Of a stretch of 53,011 nt of DNA, positions 9,281 to 19,134 are shown piece after piece. The translations under genes were made by a program, and so were the position numbers. The notes beneath the pieces are model-generated. The model was not told where the DNA came from. It saw only the letters and a list, made by a program, of their open reading frames with translations, and ran no database searches. The stretch is taken from positions 1 to 53,011 of the forward strand of contig CAZXZO010000013.1 of the NCBI GenBank assembly GCA_964645485.1, written 5' to 3'. Position 1 is the first letter of the stretch; every line of letters begins with the position of its first letter. The stretch is from an uncultured Candidatus Poseidoniales archaeon (lineage in GTDB: Archaea; Thermoplasmatota; Poseidoniia; Poseidoniales; Thalassarchaeaceae).

Positions 9281-9736
9281 TCAACCCCATACGTGGCTGT
9301 CATCTGCCCCAGTGGAATCCTTTTCCACTTCCTCATGTAATGAGTTTCGCCGCTTCATATCCTCTCTTTCATAATTTAACAGGTCTCGGTCATCGATGTA
9401 AGCAGCCCTCATATGGGCCACTAAGCATACATCTACAATCACATCTCTTGAAATGTAATGGTAATTTTTGTCTGCAGTAAGCAGTTCGATAGTCAGTTTA
9501 TTGGTTCCCATCAAACGTCCTCTCATCCAAGGGTCCATGTCTGTTGGTAATGCACGCGCATCAATCAGGATTTCAACTAGGTCATCTCTTCTTAGACCGG
9601 TACGCCTCGCAAGTAATGGTCCGTTGCGAATATCCTCAAATTCTGAAAAGTTAGGTTTCCCAAGATCTTCCCATAGTGTTACCGCCCAATCTGGTAGGTC
9701 ATTTTTGTTGCTCCGACTTCTTTTCTTCGCTGCCAT
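9281..9736 (-). CDS. Conserved archaeal-type hypothetical protein (possible Sm-like beta fold)
   Basis: 151-aa ORF in a same-strand gene run; central MRGRLMGTNKLTIELL...YISRDVIVDV pattern; fold is inference. Confidence 0.7.
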   Translation of the reverse strand: MAAKKRSRSNKNDLPDWAVTLWEDLGKPNFSEFEDIRNGPLLARRTGLRRDDLVEILIDARALPTDMDPWMRGRLMGTNKLTIELLTADKNYHYISRDVIVDVCLVAHMRAAYIDDRDLLNYEREDMKRRNSLHEEVEKDSTGADDSHVWG

Positions 9737-9891
9737 CTCTCTCGCCTCTAACACCCTGAGTAACCCAACCCTTGAAAAGAGAACCCCTTGATAGTAGACT
9801 TCAAATTAATCCAATTGAATGTTGATTCTAGAAAATTCAAACCTTTCCATTGAAGAGGGATGGGCGAGCCGCAAACATTGGGTGGAGTGCA

Positions 9892-10935
9892 ATGACGGTT
9901 GTTGTTTGGAAGAAATTACCCACTGTTTTGCTGTCAGATGAGTTGCTGGATAAAGCCTACAGGAGAGCAAATAAAGCCAAGGATTCAGTAGAAGATACCG
10001 ACAGATTGTTTCGCACACGTAAGCAGATGATTCGCATGATTCAATCTGCCAGTGACGTTTTAGACGCGACACTGAAAAATTATGTGGCAAAATGGCCGTC
10101 ATTAGACAAACAGTCCGAATTTGACCGAGCGTTGATTGATGCATCTGTCGGCTGTGATCAATTTCGCCATCACCTTTCAAACCTGCAATGGGCAGCAAAT
10201 CAAACGATGGCTATTGCCAAAAAATATGAACAACAATTGCAGAGAATGATGAATATAGATTCAATGCATCAGCGCAGGCGTGAAGCGTACGGTAGAATCT
10301 CCTCGATTATTGACCAAGTCAACCCCTCTCTTTTGTGGTTGAACAGAGCGAGAGACCAGTTACGAGAATTACCATCAATTGATACTTCTGAGCCATGCAT
10401 AGTTGTTGCAGGTTCACCTAATGTGGGCAAATCAGCATTGATTGGAGTCCTTTCAAGTAATGAGCCCGAAGTAGCTGGATATCCATTTACCACGAAGCAG
10501 TTACATGTTGGTCATTTTGAACATCGGCGTCGCGTCTACCAGATGGTTGACACACCCGGTCTTCTTGACAGGCCGATGGAAGATAGGAATAATATCGAGA
10601 TGCAAGCAATTGTTGCTCTAGAAAATATTGGTTCAATCGTTTTATTCTTGCTTGATCCAGCCGAGCATGGTGGTACATCGATGGAATCGCAAGAAAATTT
10701 GTTGGCAGAAGTTGCCGCCTTGTTGCCACAGACTCCGCTAATCGTTGTAGATGGAAAGGCTGACTTGTTGAATATTGATACCGGAGTGAATCCAGTTTCG
10801 GGACACCTATGTATCTCAGCAACAGAAGGTTATGGCATTGAGCAGTTAAGAGAAGAATTAGTCTCTAGAATCGGTGCTGATGATATTGGTGACCCACTTC
10901 TTCTCCCAGAAGGTTGGCACCGTTCCGACCGTTGA
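9892..10935 (+). CDS. NOG1-family GTP-binding protein
   Basis: N-terminal helical NOG1 domain, G1 GSPNVGKS, G2 YPFTTK, G3 DTPGL, G4-like DGKAD; GGTGGAG upstream. Confidence 0.93.
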   Translation: MTVVVWKKLPTVLLSDELLDKAYRRANKAKDSVEDTDRLFRTRKQMIRMIQSASDVLDATLKNYVAKWPSLDKQSEFDRALIDASVGCDQFRHHLSNLQWAANQTMAIAKKYEQQLQRMMNIDSMHQRRREAYGRISSIIDQVNPSLLWLNRARDQLRELPSIDTSEPCIVVAGSPNVGKSALIGVLSSNEPEVAGYPFTTKQLHVGHFEHRRRVYQMVDTPGLLDRPMEDRNNIEMQAIVALENIGSIVLFLLDPAEHGGTSMESQENLLAEVAALLPQTPLIVVDGKADLLNIDTGVNPVSGHLCISATEGYGIEQLREELVSRIGADDIGDPLLLPEGWHRSDR

Positions 10936-10964
10936 ATTAAGCAAAAAAACGTAACAAATTGAAT

Positions 10965-11084
10965 TCAATTTGTTTGTGACACATGGCCACAACGAGTGCA
11001 GAAAATCTTGTGACCATATTGAGTGCGTTCAAGCCCCTCAATAGCAATTGTAACCCCGCATCCAGGACACTTGTAACCTGACAT
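10965..11084 (-). CDS. 39-aa zinc-finger microprotein (not in ORF track)
   Basis: Hand translation MSGYKCPGCGVTIAIEGLERTQYGHKIFCTRCGHVSQTN*; CPGCG and CTRCG knuckles; AAGGTGAGG ribosome-binding site just upstream. Confidence 0.85.
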   Translation of the reverse strand: MSGYKCPGCGVTIAIEGLERTQYGHKIFCTRCGHVSQTN

Positions 11085-11133
11085 GACCAATCCTCACCTT
11101 ACCCGAGTAGCATGGGGTTCTTCAACGGTCCGA

Positions 11134-11721
11134 CTAGTCGTTATCAGATTTTGCGAACTTAAGAGGGAAGGCCATTTGCACACCCGCAAGGCACAACACA
11201 ACTCCTACCACTCCTAAAATGAGCATTGGGAAAAGAGCCATTCCAGCACTATACGAATATGTCACAAGGTTTGTGTCTAGGGTAAGAGTACCAGCACGAC
11301 CACCGGTGATAAAACGGGTATTCCCTGGGTCTAGATCCCATTCCAAGCCTGAATCTGAGTTTGGACCGCCAGCAATTATCTCAAAATCTGAGGCGGTACA
11401 TCCAGTCAATCCTTGGTCGTCAGGACTGCATTTATCCCAGTCGATTTTATCAGCATCAACAATTCCAATCCATGCCTCGCCGCTATGGTCCCAATTCATG
11501 GAAACTGAAACATCAAGAAGCATAAATGGTTGTGGGATTGAGAGGTTATCTTGGTTCATTCCAATTTCACAATTATCGTCTGAACCGGGTGCACAAGGTG
11601 GAATTGGAACTCCAACTGTGCTTGTATCCGATGAATATCCGATGGCACCAACTAAAACCAAAATGACGCAAAAAACACCAGTAATGACCGGCAGAGCCGA
11701 CATGATACGAACCATCATCAA
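11134..11721 (-). CDS. Hypothetical membrane protein (N- and C-terminal TM helices, Cys-containing loop domain)
   Basis: Hydrophobic ends flanking a soluble domain with four Cys. Confidence 0.75.
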   Translation of the reverse strand: MMMVRIMSALPVITGVFCVILVLVGAIGYSSDTSTVGVPIPPCAPGSDDNCEIGMNQDNLSIPQPFMLLDVSVSMNWDHSGEAWIGIVDADKIDWDKCSPDDQGLTGCTASDFEIIAGGPNSDSGLEWDLDPGNTRFITGGRAGTLTLDTNLVTYSYSAGMALFPMLILGVVGVVLCLAGVQMAFPLKFAKSDND

Positions 11722-11786
11722 ACCATACCTGAGGGTTTAGGTGAATCAATCCTTCGCTTGGCAAATTGAGATTATGGTATCCCGAA

Positions 11787-12083
11787 TCAGATTACAATTG
11801 GTAGCAAAAACAACATTATTGCAATTGCCGGGAACAAATAAAGCATCAAATTAAGGCGTTTTCTTGACTTTTCTTGTCTTGCGTGTTTTTCTGCACAAGG
11901 TTGGTCACCACAGTTTGCGGGGTCGGCATCAATCGGAATTGGGGTATAGCAAATTGCACAGTGGCGGTGAGGTGCAATGTACTTCGTACTTTTTGGGTTG
12001 TCAGATATTTGTTTTACAACTTTTTTTGTTGTCTTGGCTGTGTCAGCAATTGCTTTTTTCAAACGCTCTTCCATTCGACCCAT
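11787..12083 (-). CDS. DUF2116-family Zn-ribbon membrane protein
   Basis: PHRHCAICYTPIP...C...C followed by a basic stretch and C-terminal TM helix; ATG overlaps the pyrH stop (TGATG). Confidence 0.8.
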   Translation of the reverse strand: MGRMEERLKKAIADTAKTTKKVVKQISDNPKSTKYIAPHRHCAICYTPIPIDADPANCGDQPCAEKHARQEKSRKRLNLMLYLFPAIAIMLFLLPIVI

Positions 12084-12793
12084 CAATTCACCCCGATGAT
12101 TGTACCACGGAAGGTTTCTCCCGCTAAGCATTTCGCTAGTCTCTCTAACTTACGCCCATTTAGTAATGCTAGTTCTATGTTATTGTCTATAGCAATTTGG
12201 ACTCCTATTGGGTCGATCACTACATTGGGCCCCGCCCCTCGGTGCTCAGGTGGGCCTACGATGGCTTGTAAATCAGCCAATGACATCTCTTCAAAGGGGA
12301 TTGCATCAGGATTTAGTTGTGGGGCTTTGTCGTATACAAAGTCAACATTTGTGGCTATGGTACACCTTTTCGCCCCGCTATCAACTGCAAGATTGATTGA
12401 TACAGCATCTGTAGTGTGGCCTGGAATTGTTCCTCCCATCACGATTACAGAGTGATTTTGCATAGATTTTGCTGCCTCACTAGTAGTCTCTGGTACGTTT
12501 TGTGCAACATCAACTCCGAGGGTTTTGAGTGCCGAAGAGAATACGGTGGCATTATGGCGGGTAGCAGCAATCCCAATGAGGTCTAGGTCGAATGTGTCAG
12601 TTACTCCTGACTTTCGAGCAGTACCAATATTTTCACGTGCTAAATGGCCACCCCCAACTACGATACCAATTTTAGTTCCAGCCGCAGCAGTCATGTGAAT
12701 AATTTTGCTAGCATCCTGCACCCATTGTTGGTCAATGTCGCCACCGTCATACATCAAACTGCCACCAAGAGCGACAATGACGACTTCACTCAT
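12083..12793 (-). CDS. pyrH: Uridylate kinase (archaeal type)
   Basis: VALGGSL, IVVGGGHLAR, DLIGIAATRHNA, PGHTTDAVS, TNVDFVYDKAP. Confidence 0.94.
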   Translation of the reverse strand: MSEVVIVALGGSLMYDGGDIDQQWVQDASKIIHMTAAAGTKIGIVVGGGHLARENIGTARKSGVTDTFDLDLIGIAATRHNATVFSSALKTLGVDVAQNVPETTSEAAKSMQNHSVIVMGGTIPGHTTDAVSINLAVDSGAKRCTIATNVDFVYDKAPQLNPDAIPFEEMSLADLQAIVGPPEHRGAGPNVVIDPIGVQIAIDNNIELALLNGRKLERLAKCLAGETFRGTIIGVN

Positions 12794-12937
12794 CACGTTA
12801 GCCGCAGCGACTCCGATTGATAAGCCCGACCGCTGTTTTTTCAAAAAAAAACCCATTGAAGATGGAAAAAGGAGTAGCGGTCAGCATGAAGGATTGATAA
12901 CCCGCTGGCAATCGCCTAGAACCACAAGGTGGTTCTG

Positions 12938-14191
12938 ATGGCAGACGATTCCGACAAACAAGCAGCCAAACTTCGGCTGAAGCGTGTTCTTGAGGATTTG
13001 ATGAGTCTGAAAGGGATGGGTACTGAACTTGTCACAGTTATCATTCCACCTGACCGCCAAGTTGCTGATGTCCGCCACCAATTAGCGAATGAATCAGGTC
13101 AAGCAAGAAACATCAAATCAAATTTGACAAGAAAGCACGTGATTGATGCAATTGAATCAGCATCAGCGGCTTTAGCAAATCGCCGTGATGCTGGTGAAAA
13201 AGGAATTGCAGTATTCACTGGCCATGTGATTGTTGGAAACAACAAGTCTCGCATGACAACAATAGTAATTGAGGACCCTCCAGAACCTTTCACGTCTTTC
13301 AGATATCGTTGTGACAGTACTTTTGAAACATCTCAACTTGAAGAGATGCTCATCAATCGTACCGCGTATGGTTTGTTAGTGATAGACCGAGGTGAGGGCG
13401 CATATGGTGTGGCAACAGGGAGTACCGTCCATGTCAAGAAACACATCACTAGTCTTGTGCCAAGTAAACATCGACAAGGTGGGCAATCACAACAGAGATT
13501 CGAGAGGTTAATCGAAGAGGCTGCTGATAAGTTCTTCAAGAAAGTCACAGAACGGGCTTGCGAGTACTGGTTACCTATGTTACCCGACCTCAAGGGTGTG
13601 ATTGTGGGTGGGCCTGGGGCTACCAAGGATTTCGTGATAAACAACGGATATTTACATCACGAAATTCAAAAAATTGTCAAGAAGCCATTGTTTGATGTTG
13701 GTTATTCTAATGAAAGTGGCTTGCGAGAGTTAGTTCAGAATGCTGGAGATTTGATGGACCAAATCGCCTTGGAAGAAGAGAGAACATTAGTTGACAAGTT
13801 CCTCAGAGAGATTATGCAGTCACATCCTAAAGCAACATATGGTGAGATGATGATACGCTCTGCTCTCGACCAGGGAGCGGTTGACATGCTATTGCTTTCA
13901 GAAGCGTTGAGAAAGAAAACGGTTTTCTTCAATTGCCGTCAATGCAAGCATGAATGGTCATTTACAGTAGATAAAATCCCTGATATTCCACCCTGTCCTG
14001 CTTGCAAAGCAGATGCAGACCAAGTAAGAGAAGATTCAGATAAAGAAATTGAATTGCTTGATGAGTTCACACAACTTGCTGGCCAATCAGCAGCATCTGT
14101 GAGTTTGATATCTACTGATTCAGAGGAAGGAATGACCTTATTGACAGCGTTTGGGGGAATGGCAGCAATTTTACGCTGGTCATGGAGTTGA
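12938..14191 (+). CDS. prf1: Peptide chain release factor aRF1
   Basis: NIKS motif, YRCDSTF, GGQSQQRFER; zinc-ribbon insert CRQC...CPAC in domain 3. Confidence 0.97.
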   Translation: MADDSDKQAAKLRLKRVLEDLMSLKGMGTELVTVIIPPDRQVADVRHQLANESGQARNIKSNLTRKHVIDAIESASAALANRRDAGEKGIAVFTGHVIVGNNKSRMTTIVIEDPPEPFTSFRYRCDSTFETSQLEEMLINRTAYGLLVIDRGEGAYGVATGSTVHVKKHITSLVPSKHRQGGQSQQRFERLIEEAADKFFKKVTERACEYWLPMLPDLKGVIVGGPGATKDFVINNGYLHHEIQKIVKKPLFDVGYSNESGLRELVQNAGDLMDQIALEEERTLVDKFLREIMQSHPKATYGEMMIRSALDQGAVDMLLLSEALRKKTVFFNCRQCKHEWSFTVDKIPDIPPCPACKADADQVREDSDKEIELLDEFTQLAGQSAASVSLISTDSEEGMTLLTAFGGMAAILRWSWS

Positions 14192-14195
14192 TGAA

Positions 14196-15989
14196 ATGCG
14201 TCAATTAAGCGATGTAATTCGCGGCACCGTATGGGATGCTCTAACTGAGATGGGTGATGAAAACCCAGACGGCACCCTCGCCAATCTCACAACGCCTCGT
14301 CATGCAAACCAAGGTGACCTTGCATTACCTTGTTTTGCCCTAGCAAAATCGATGAAAAAGCCTCCACAAGATATTGCTGCAGATTTAGCACAAAGAGTTT
14401 CTACTGTTTTGACAGCAATTGACGGCTGTAGTGAAGTTGGCAGCGATGGTGGATTTTGCAACTTTTATGTTGATGCTACTTGGTTAGCAGGTCAGACAAT
14501 TGGCGGGATTTTCAATAATCCTGATTCCGTTGGCCATCACCGGCCATCCTCATCACTCTTGATTGAGCATACATCGGCCAATCCAAATGGTCCATTCCAT
14601 GTTGGCCGTTCAAGAAATGCAATCCTCGGAGACACATTTGTCAGAATGCATCGACTTGCCGGTGATGATGTTAGGGCGGAATACTATGTTGATGACATGG
14701 GTAAACAAGTTGGAATTTTGGCTTGGTCATTGGCTAATTTAGATGAAGATAGGGTAACTGAAATTCTAGCAGCAGAAGATATGAATGAAATGCCAAGTCA
14801 CCCTCACAAAGAAGACCATCAGAGAGTCCGTTTTTATCAAGCGGCAAACCTACTGAAAGCGGTTGACCCAGAAGTAGAATTAGGTGTCACAAAGTTGGTT
14901 CAAGCATCAGAAGAAGCAGATGCAGAAGTTCTTGCTATCTTCGAATCTGCTTATCAGCCCGTACTTGATGGGATGCTAGAAACACTTGAGCGACTCGGCA
15001 TAACCTTTGATTCATTCACTAAAGAATCGAAGTTCATTGTTGATGGTTCAGTGGATGTCATCATGGATAGACTTAGCCAGAGTGAGTTACACGGTAGGGC
15101 AGAAAATGGTGCCCATTATTTAGAACTTGAAGACCGGGGGGTTCAGGGTAAATCAACAAAATTCTTCTATCAAAGGGGTGATGGTTCCTCACTTTATGCG
15201 ACTAGAGATATCGCTTATCACCAGTGGAAGTGGACCGAAGCAAAGCGCCTTGTGAATATCTTAGGTGAAGATCACCGTTTGCAATCTAGGCAAGTTGGAA
15301 TTGCATTAGATGAGTTGGAAATCCGTAATCCAGAAGTTGTATTCTACGCATTTACCAAGTTACCAGACGGGAAAATGAGCACCAGAAGGGGCAATGTTGT
15401 CTATATGGATAATCTGTTAGACGAAGCCTGTTCTAGAGCAACAGCGATTGTTAAAGAAATGAGAGATGACTTAGATTCCGAAGAGTTAGTCACAATCGGC
15501 GAGGCTGTTGGTCTCTCTGCAGTCCGGTTCAATATAATTCGAGTGTCTCCAGAAAAAGGAATCAATTTCCGTTGGGAAGATGCTCTCAGTTTTGATTCTG
15601 ATTCCGCCCCATTCATCATGTATAGTCATGCGAGAGCTTGTTCAATAAGCCGCAAACTAACCACTCAAGGTCATGATGTGGAATCGCTAGTAGCCAAGGA
15701 AGTGGCAAGTGGCAACTGGGAGGACCTCTCAGATTCTGCCGCGACATTGGTGAAGAGGATTGCAACATTCAGTGAGGTACTAGATGCTTCTATCACAAAT
15801 CAACGTCCAAATCTATTCTGTTCTTATCTGCTTTCTCTAGCAACAGAATACAATCGCTTTTACCGCGACAATCACGTTTTGGTGGAGGGCGAGGTAAATT
15901 GCCAAAATTTAGCACTCTCAGAAGCAGCGAGAATTCTGCTTGCAGCAGGATGCAATGGATTGGGGATTATTCCAATTGAATCGATGTGA
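14196..15989 (+). CDS. argS: Arginyl-tRNA synthetase
   Basis: EHTSANPNGPFHVGRSRNAILGD, LYATRDIAYH, KMSTRRG, C-terminal DALR-like domain. Confidence 0.97.
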   Translation: MRQLSDVIRGTVWDALTEMGDENPDGTLANLTTPRHANQGDLALPCFALAKSMKKPPQDIAADLAQRVSTVLTAIDGCSEVGSDGGFCNFYVDATWLAGQTIGGIFNNPDSVGHHRPSSSLLIEHTSANPNGPFHVGRSRNAILGDTFVRMHRLAGDDVRAEYYVDDMGKQVGILAWSLANLDEDRVTEILAAEDMNEMPSHPHKEDHQRVRFYQAANLLKAVDPEVELGVTKLVQASEEADAEVLAIFESAYQPVLDGMLETLERLGITFDSFTKESKFIVDGSVDVIMDRLSQSELHGRAENGAHYLELEDRGVQGKSTKFFYQRGDGSSLYATRDIAYHQWKWTEAKRLVNILGEDHRLQSRQVGIALDELEIRNPEVVFYAFTKLPDGKMSTRRGNVVYMDNLLDEACSRATAIVKEMRDDLDSEELVTIGEAVGLSAVRFNIIRVSPEKGINFRWEDALSFDSDSAPFIMYSHARACSISRKLTTQGHDVESLVAKEVASGNWEDLSDSAATLVKRIATFSEVLDASITNQRPNLFCSYLLSLATEYNRFYRDNHVLVEGEVNCQNLALSEAARILLAAGCNGLGIIPIESM

Positions 15990-15990
15990 T

Positions 15991-16512
15991 TCAAAGGTCT
16001 TCCATTAATTTGCTGCTCATTGTTGAATGGCGTTTTCGTCCAGATGCAGTCACTGCACCTCGCATTTCAACCAAACCACGAATTCCAAGATTGTAACTCT
16101 CTACTCGCTTGGTCCACTGTGCAGCGGGCCAGCCACAATCCCATCTGTCCTTCTCAACACTATTTTCATCAATCCAAGCAGAACATTCTGGTCGGTGGCA
16201 ACGGCCATTTTTTCCATGACGTTCTCCCTTGAAATTTGGTTCACCCAATTCTTCCCAAAAGGATGAACGCTCACAAATAGGGCAAGGGCGTCGTCTCATC
16301 CGTCCTAACTCTGTATTTGGGTCTTCACCAACATAGTCAATTTCCCAAACCTCAACATAAGCCTCGGTAAATTCGGTATTTTCAGCCCTAGCAAAGAAGG
16401 CTCGTAGTACATCCCAAGCATCACTTTCTTTGGAAGTAACTCCAAGTGGAGTCGGGACCTCATCGACATTGACTACGGTCGGCATGAACACCTGTTTCAG
16501 GCCACTCATCAA
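15991..16512 (-). CDS. Hypothetical protein, possible Zn-binding
   Basis: 173-aa ORF with CPIC, CHRPEC and WDCGWP. Confidence 0.7.
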   Translation of the reverse strand: MMSGLKQVFMPTVVNVDEVPTPLGVTSKESDAWDVLRAFFARAENTEFTEAYVEVWEIDYVGEDPNTELGRMRRRPCPICERSSFWEELGEPNFKGERHGKNGRCHRPECSAWIDENSVEKDRWDCGWPAAQWTKRVESYNLGIRGLVEMRGAVTASGRKRHSTMSSKLMEDL

Positions 16513-16562
16513 ACATCGGTTGTGGCACTACCCCATGAAGGTGGCGTCAAAATTTGTGTTAA

Positions 16563-16868
16563 TCACTTGAACCATTCAAGAACTGCACCAACTCGAGCAC
16601 CCATTACTGAGTCAAGCCATTCGCCCCGCGAAAAAAGGATGGAGAAGGGTAACACACTTGCTTCAGTAGAAATTTGAGGAAACGAAGTTTTGAATCCAAC
16701 ATTGCCTGGGCTATCGAGTACAATCTTAGCCACGGGGAAATCATTTTTTGCCAATGTTTCAACAAAAGGGTCACAGTTTTCACAACTGTCTCGCGTGAGT
16801 ACGAGAACTGAATCTCGTTGAGCGATGAATAGTGGCCAAGTATCATCAGTCAGGGTTTCAGCAGTCAT
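16563..16868 (-). CDS. Thioredoxin-fold protein
   Basis: CENC CxxC after a beta strand, later VLPFSILF cis-Pro-like loop. Confidence 0.7.
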   Translation of the reverse strand: MTAETLTDDTWPLFIAQRDSVLVLTRDSCENCDPFVETLAKNDFPVAKIVLDSPGNVGFKTSFPQISTEASVLPFSILFSRGEWLDSVMGARVGAVLEWFK

Positions 16869-16923
16869 TGAATTCCCTCATTTGATAGATTTAATAGTGC
16901 AATTTCTTAGTTGGGATGGAGAT

Positions 16924-17223
16924 TTATTCATCTCGCTCATGAACCCAAATAATGTGGTATCCAAAGCCAGTTTTGATGAAGCCATCTATCGTTTTCAATT
17001 CTTGCTCCCAGACTTTCTTTGAGAAATCCGGGACCATTTGTTTGTAGTGAAACCAACCTAAGTCGCCGCCCTTAGAACCAGATGGGCAGGATGAATGTTT
17101 GCGCGCCATTTTTTGGAATTCTTTTTGTGGCTTTCTAGATGAAGTGATTTTCTCTACAATTTGAATTGCTTGTGATTTACTAGCAATTAAAATGTGACTT
17201 GCATGTGCTCTCTTTATTGCCAT
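16924..17223 (-). CDS. ppiC: Parvulin-type peptidyl-prolyl cis-trans isomerase
   Basis: AHASHILI, FQKMARKHSSCPSGSKGGDLGWF, MVPDF, KTGFGYHII. Confidence 0.93.
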   Translation of the reverse strand: MAIKRAHASHILIASKSQAIQIVEKITSSRKPQKEFQKMARKHSSCPSGSKGGDLGWFHYKQMVPDFSKKVWEQELKTIDGFIKTGFGYHIIWVHERDE

Positions 17224-17240
17224 CTAATCACACCTCATTC

Positions 17241-19031
17241 TCATACTTCTCCCCATGCAAGATATCTAGCATAGGTGCCGTAGACGATGGAACTTATCGC
17301 CAAACTTTCTTCATTGAATCGAGTCATATCATCAGCAAATGTGTGATATTCATGAGAGCCTGAGCCGTAGCACACTAGGGCATGGCCTGGCTTGTCACTG
17401 TCATCTTGAACTGTGTCATATACGAAAGGCCCGTGGTCTGAATTATATGGCATCCCATTGGGAGTGTTTTTCTCACCATCCATGGTTCGGATGTTGATTG
17501 TGTATTTTGAAGTTAATTCAGGACGCTCTGATTCTAGCAATGAGACTATGCTCTTGACTTGGTCAACATCGCTTTGATAATTGCCGAATAGGGTGAGGCT
17601 ATTGCCTCTTTCAGGGTCAATGTCAACATGATTCATATCTAGATTAATGTAGACAATAAGGTCGTCAGCCAAGGTTTTTTGGTATTTCTCAACCCATGCT
17701 TTAGAACCGTGTAAGCCTTCTTCTTCACCACCCCATGTGCAGAATTTAATAGTGTGTTTTGGCGTCCCTAAATCAGCATACATTATCCCAAATTGCCTTG
17801 CAATCTCTAGAACTGAAGCGGTCCCTGATGTATCATCAACAGCACCCGGTCCGTTGTATACTGTGTCGTGGTGGGCACCGAAAATGATCAGTTTGTCATC
17901 ATCTCCTTGAATGATTCCGCAAGGGACTCTAACTGACCTTGTCCCTTGGTTGTCGACATCAACTTCAATGCCTATTTTCACATCATTCGTGTCCTTTTGT
18001 TCGAATAATTCACTGAGTTCCTCACCCATCTTTTTTGATAATTGAACAAATGGAATTGTTTCTGGTAAGTTTCCTCCAGTTTGGTCCATCAACCCTTCGA
18101 TATCAACAGTTTTGAAAATTGGAACACAATCGTCAGCGACAATTTTACCACAGTTATTTACCACATTTACAAGGAAAAGTGCTGCCAAATCGTTCTTGAT
18201 TGCTTTTGCATAGATATCTGTGTTACTTCCAACTCCTGCTGAACCCCATACCATTCCAACTTCTCCGGTGGCTTGAGACCAGAGTGTGTCATCACTACCA
18301 TTTGATAAATTGACAATATTTAGGTCATCTCCAAATTGGTAGTTCCCTGTCCCACTATATCCTTGGATAACATAGTCCATTCGGTGTTGATATTCTTTAT
18401 GTTGGGCATTGATATCTTCTATGCCACATGGGAATATTGTTTGTCCAAATGGATAAGTCCCCGGAATGCAATAGAATATACTGGGTGGCGATTGGATTTC
18501 AAACATCGGCACATCAAATTCCTCAATCGTTGCTGACATACCATATTCGGTGAAATTTTGTTTGTTCGATTCAGCAGTTGCTAATTCTTCTTGACTTCCT
18601 GACATTCTGCCATCCCATTGTGGGTGACCAAGGCTAACTAGGTGGCTGGCTCTTTCGCGGGCTTGTGCTGGGTCAAAATCAATTAGTGTATATTCTGGTT
18701 CATCCTCTAACCAAGACATTAGTGCTGGTAAGCCGAGGATTCCACCTCCTGCAATACTTAGCAGTAACAATGTCACTACTAATATTCCAAACATTGGGAT
18801 TTGAGTTCCAAATACCTCCCTGCTCGCTTTCATTCGGCTGGCGAGTGTAGACCCATCAGAGATTCCTTGAACTAATAACGCATCAGGAACTTCTTGTTCT
18901 ACAGAAGGAGATTTTGAATTGTCATGGTTTTCCAAGCGAGTGAGTTTCTCACTCTTGTTACCGCTACTCGGGAGATTTAGACGCTTCAATTCCGCAGTCA
19001 ATTCTGCCGAAGTCATGTCTGCGTATCCCAT
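17241..19031 (-). CDS. M28-family metallopeptidase with N-terminal SAP-like domain, TM helix and PA domain
   Basis: GAHHDT, GAVDDTSG, GGEEEGLHGS, INLDM, SDHGPF, YHT; N-terminal MTSAELTAELKRLNLPSSGNKSEKLTRL. Confidence 0.88.
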   Translation of the reverse strand: MGYADMTSAELTAELKRLNLPSSGNKSEKLTRLENHDNSKSPSVEQEVPDALLVQGISDGSTLASRMKASREVFGTQIPMFGILVVTLLLLSIAGGGILGLPALMSWLEDEPEYTLIDFDPAQARERASHLVSLGHPQWDGRMSGSQEELATAESNKQNFTEYGMSATIEEFDVPMFEIQSPPSIFYCIPGTYPFGQTIFPCGIEDINAQHKEYQHRMDYVIQGYSGTGNYQFGDDLNIVNLSNGSDDTLWSQATGEVGMVWGSAGVGSNTDIYAKAIKNDLAALFLVNVVNNCGKIVADDCVPIFKTVDIEGLMDQTGGNLPETIPFVQLSKKMGEELSELFEQKDTNDVKIGIEVDVDNQGTRSVRVPCGIIQGDDDKLIIFGAHHDTVYNGPGAVDDTSGTASVLEIARQFGIMYADLGTPKHTIKFCTWGGEEEGLHGSKAWVEKYQKTLADDLIVYINLDMNHVDIDPERGNSLTLFGNYQSDVDQVKSIVSLLESERPELTSKYTINIRTMDGEKNTPNGMPYNSDHGPFVYDTVQDDSDKPGHALVCYGSGSHEYHTFADDMTRFNEESLAISSIVYGTYARYLAWGEV

Positions 19032-19134
19032 GTCACTCAGCCCTGCGTGCCACCTTGTCCTTCATCAACCCAACCCAAAAAGGTGTGTTTTATTTTTTAC
19101 TATTCAATACCCATTCTTTTGAGTTAGTATTTGC

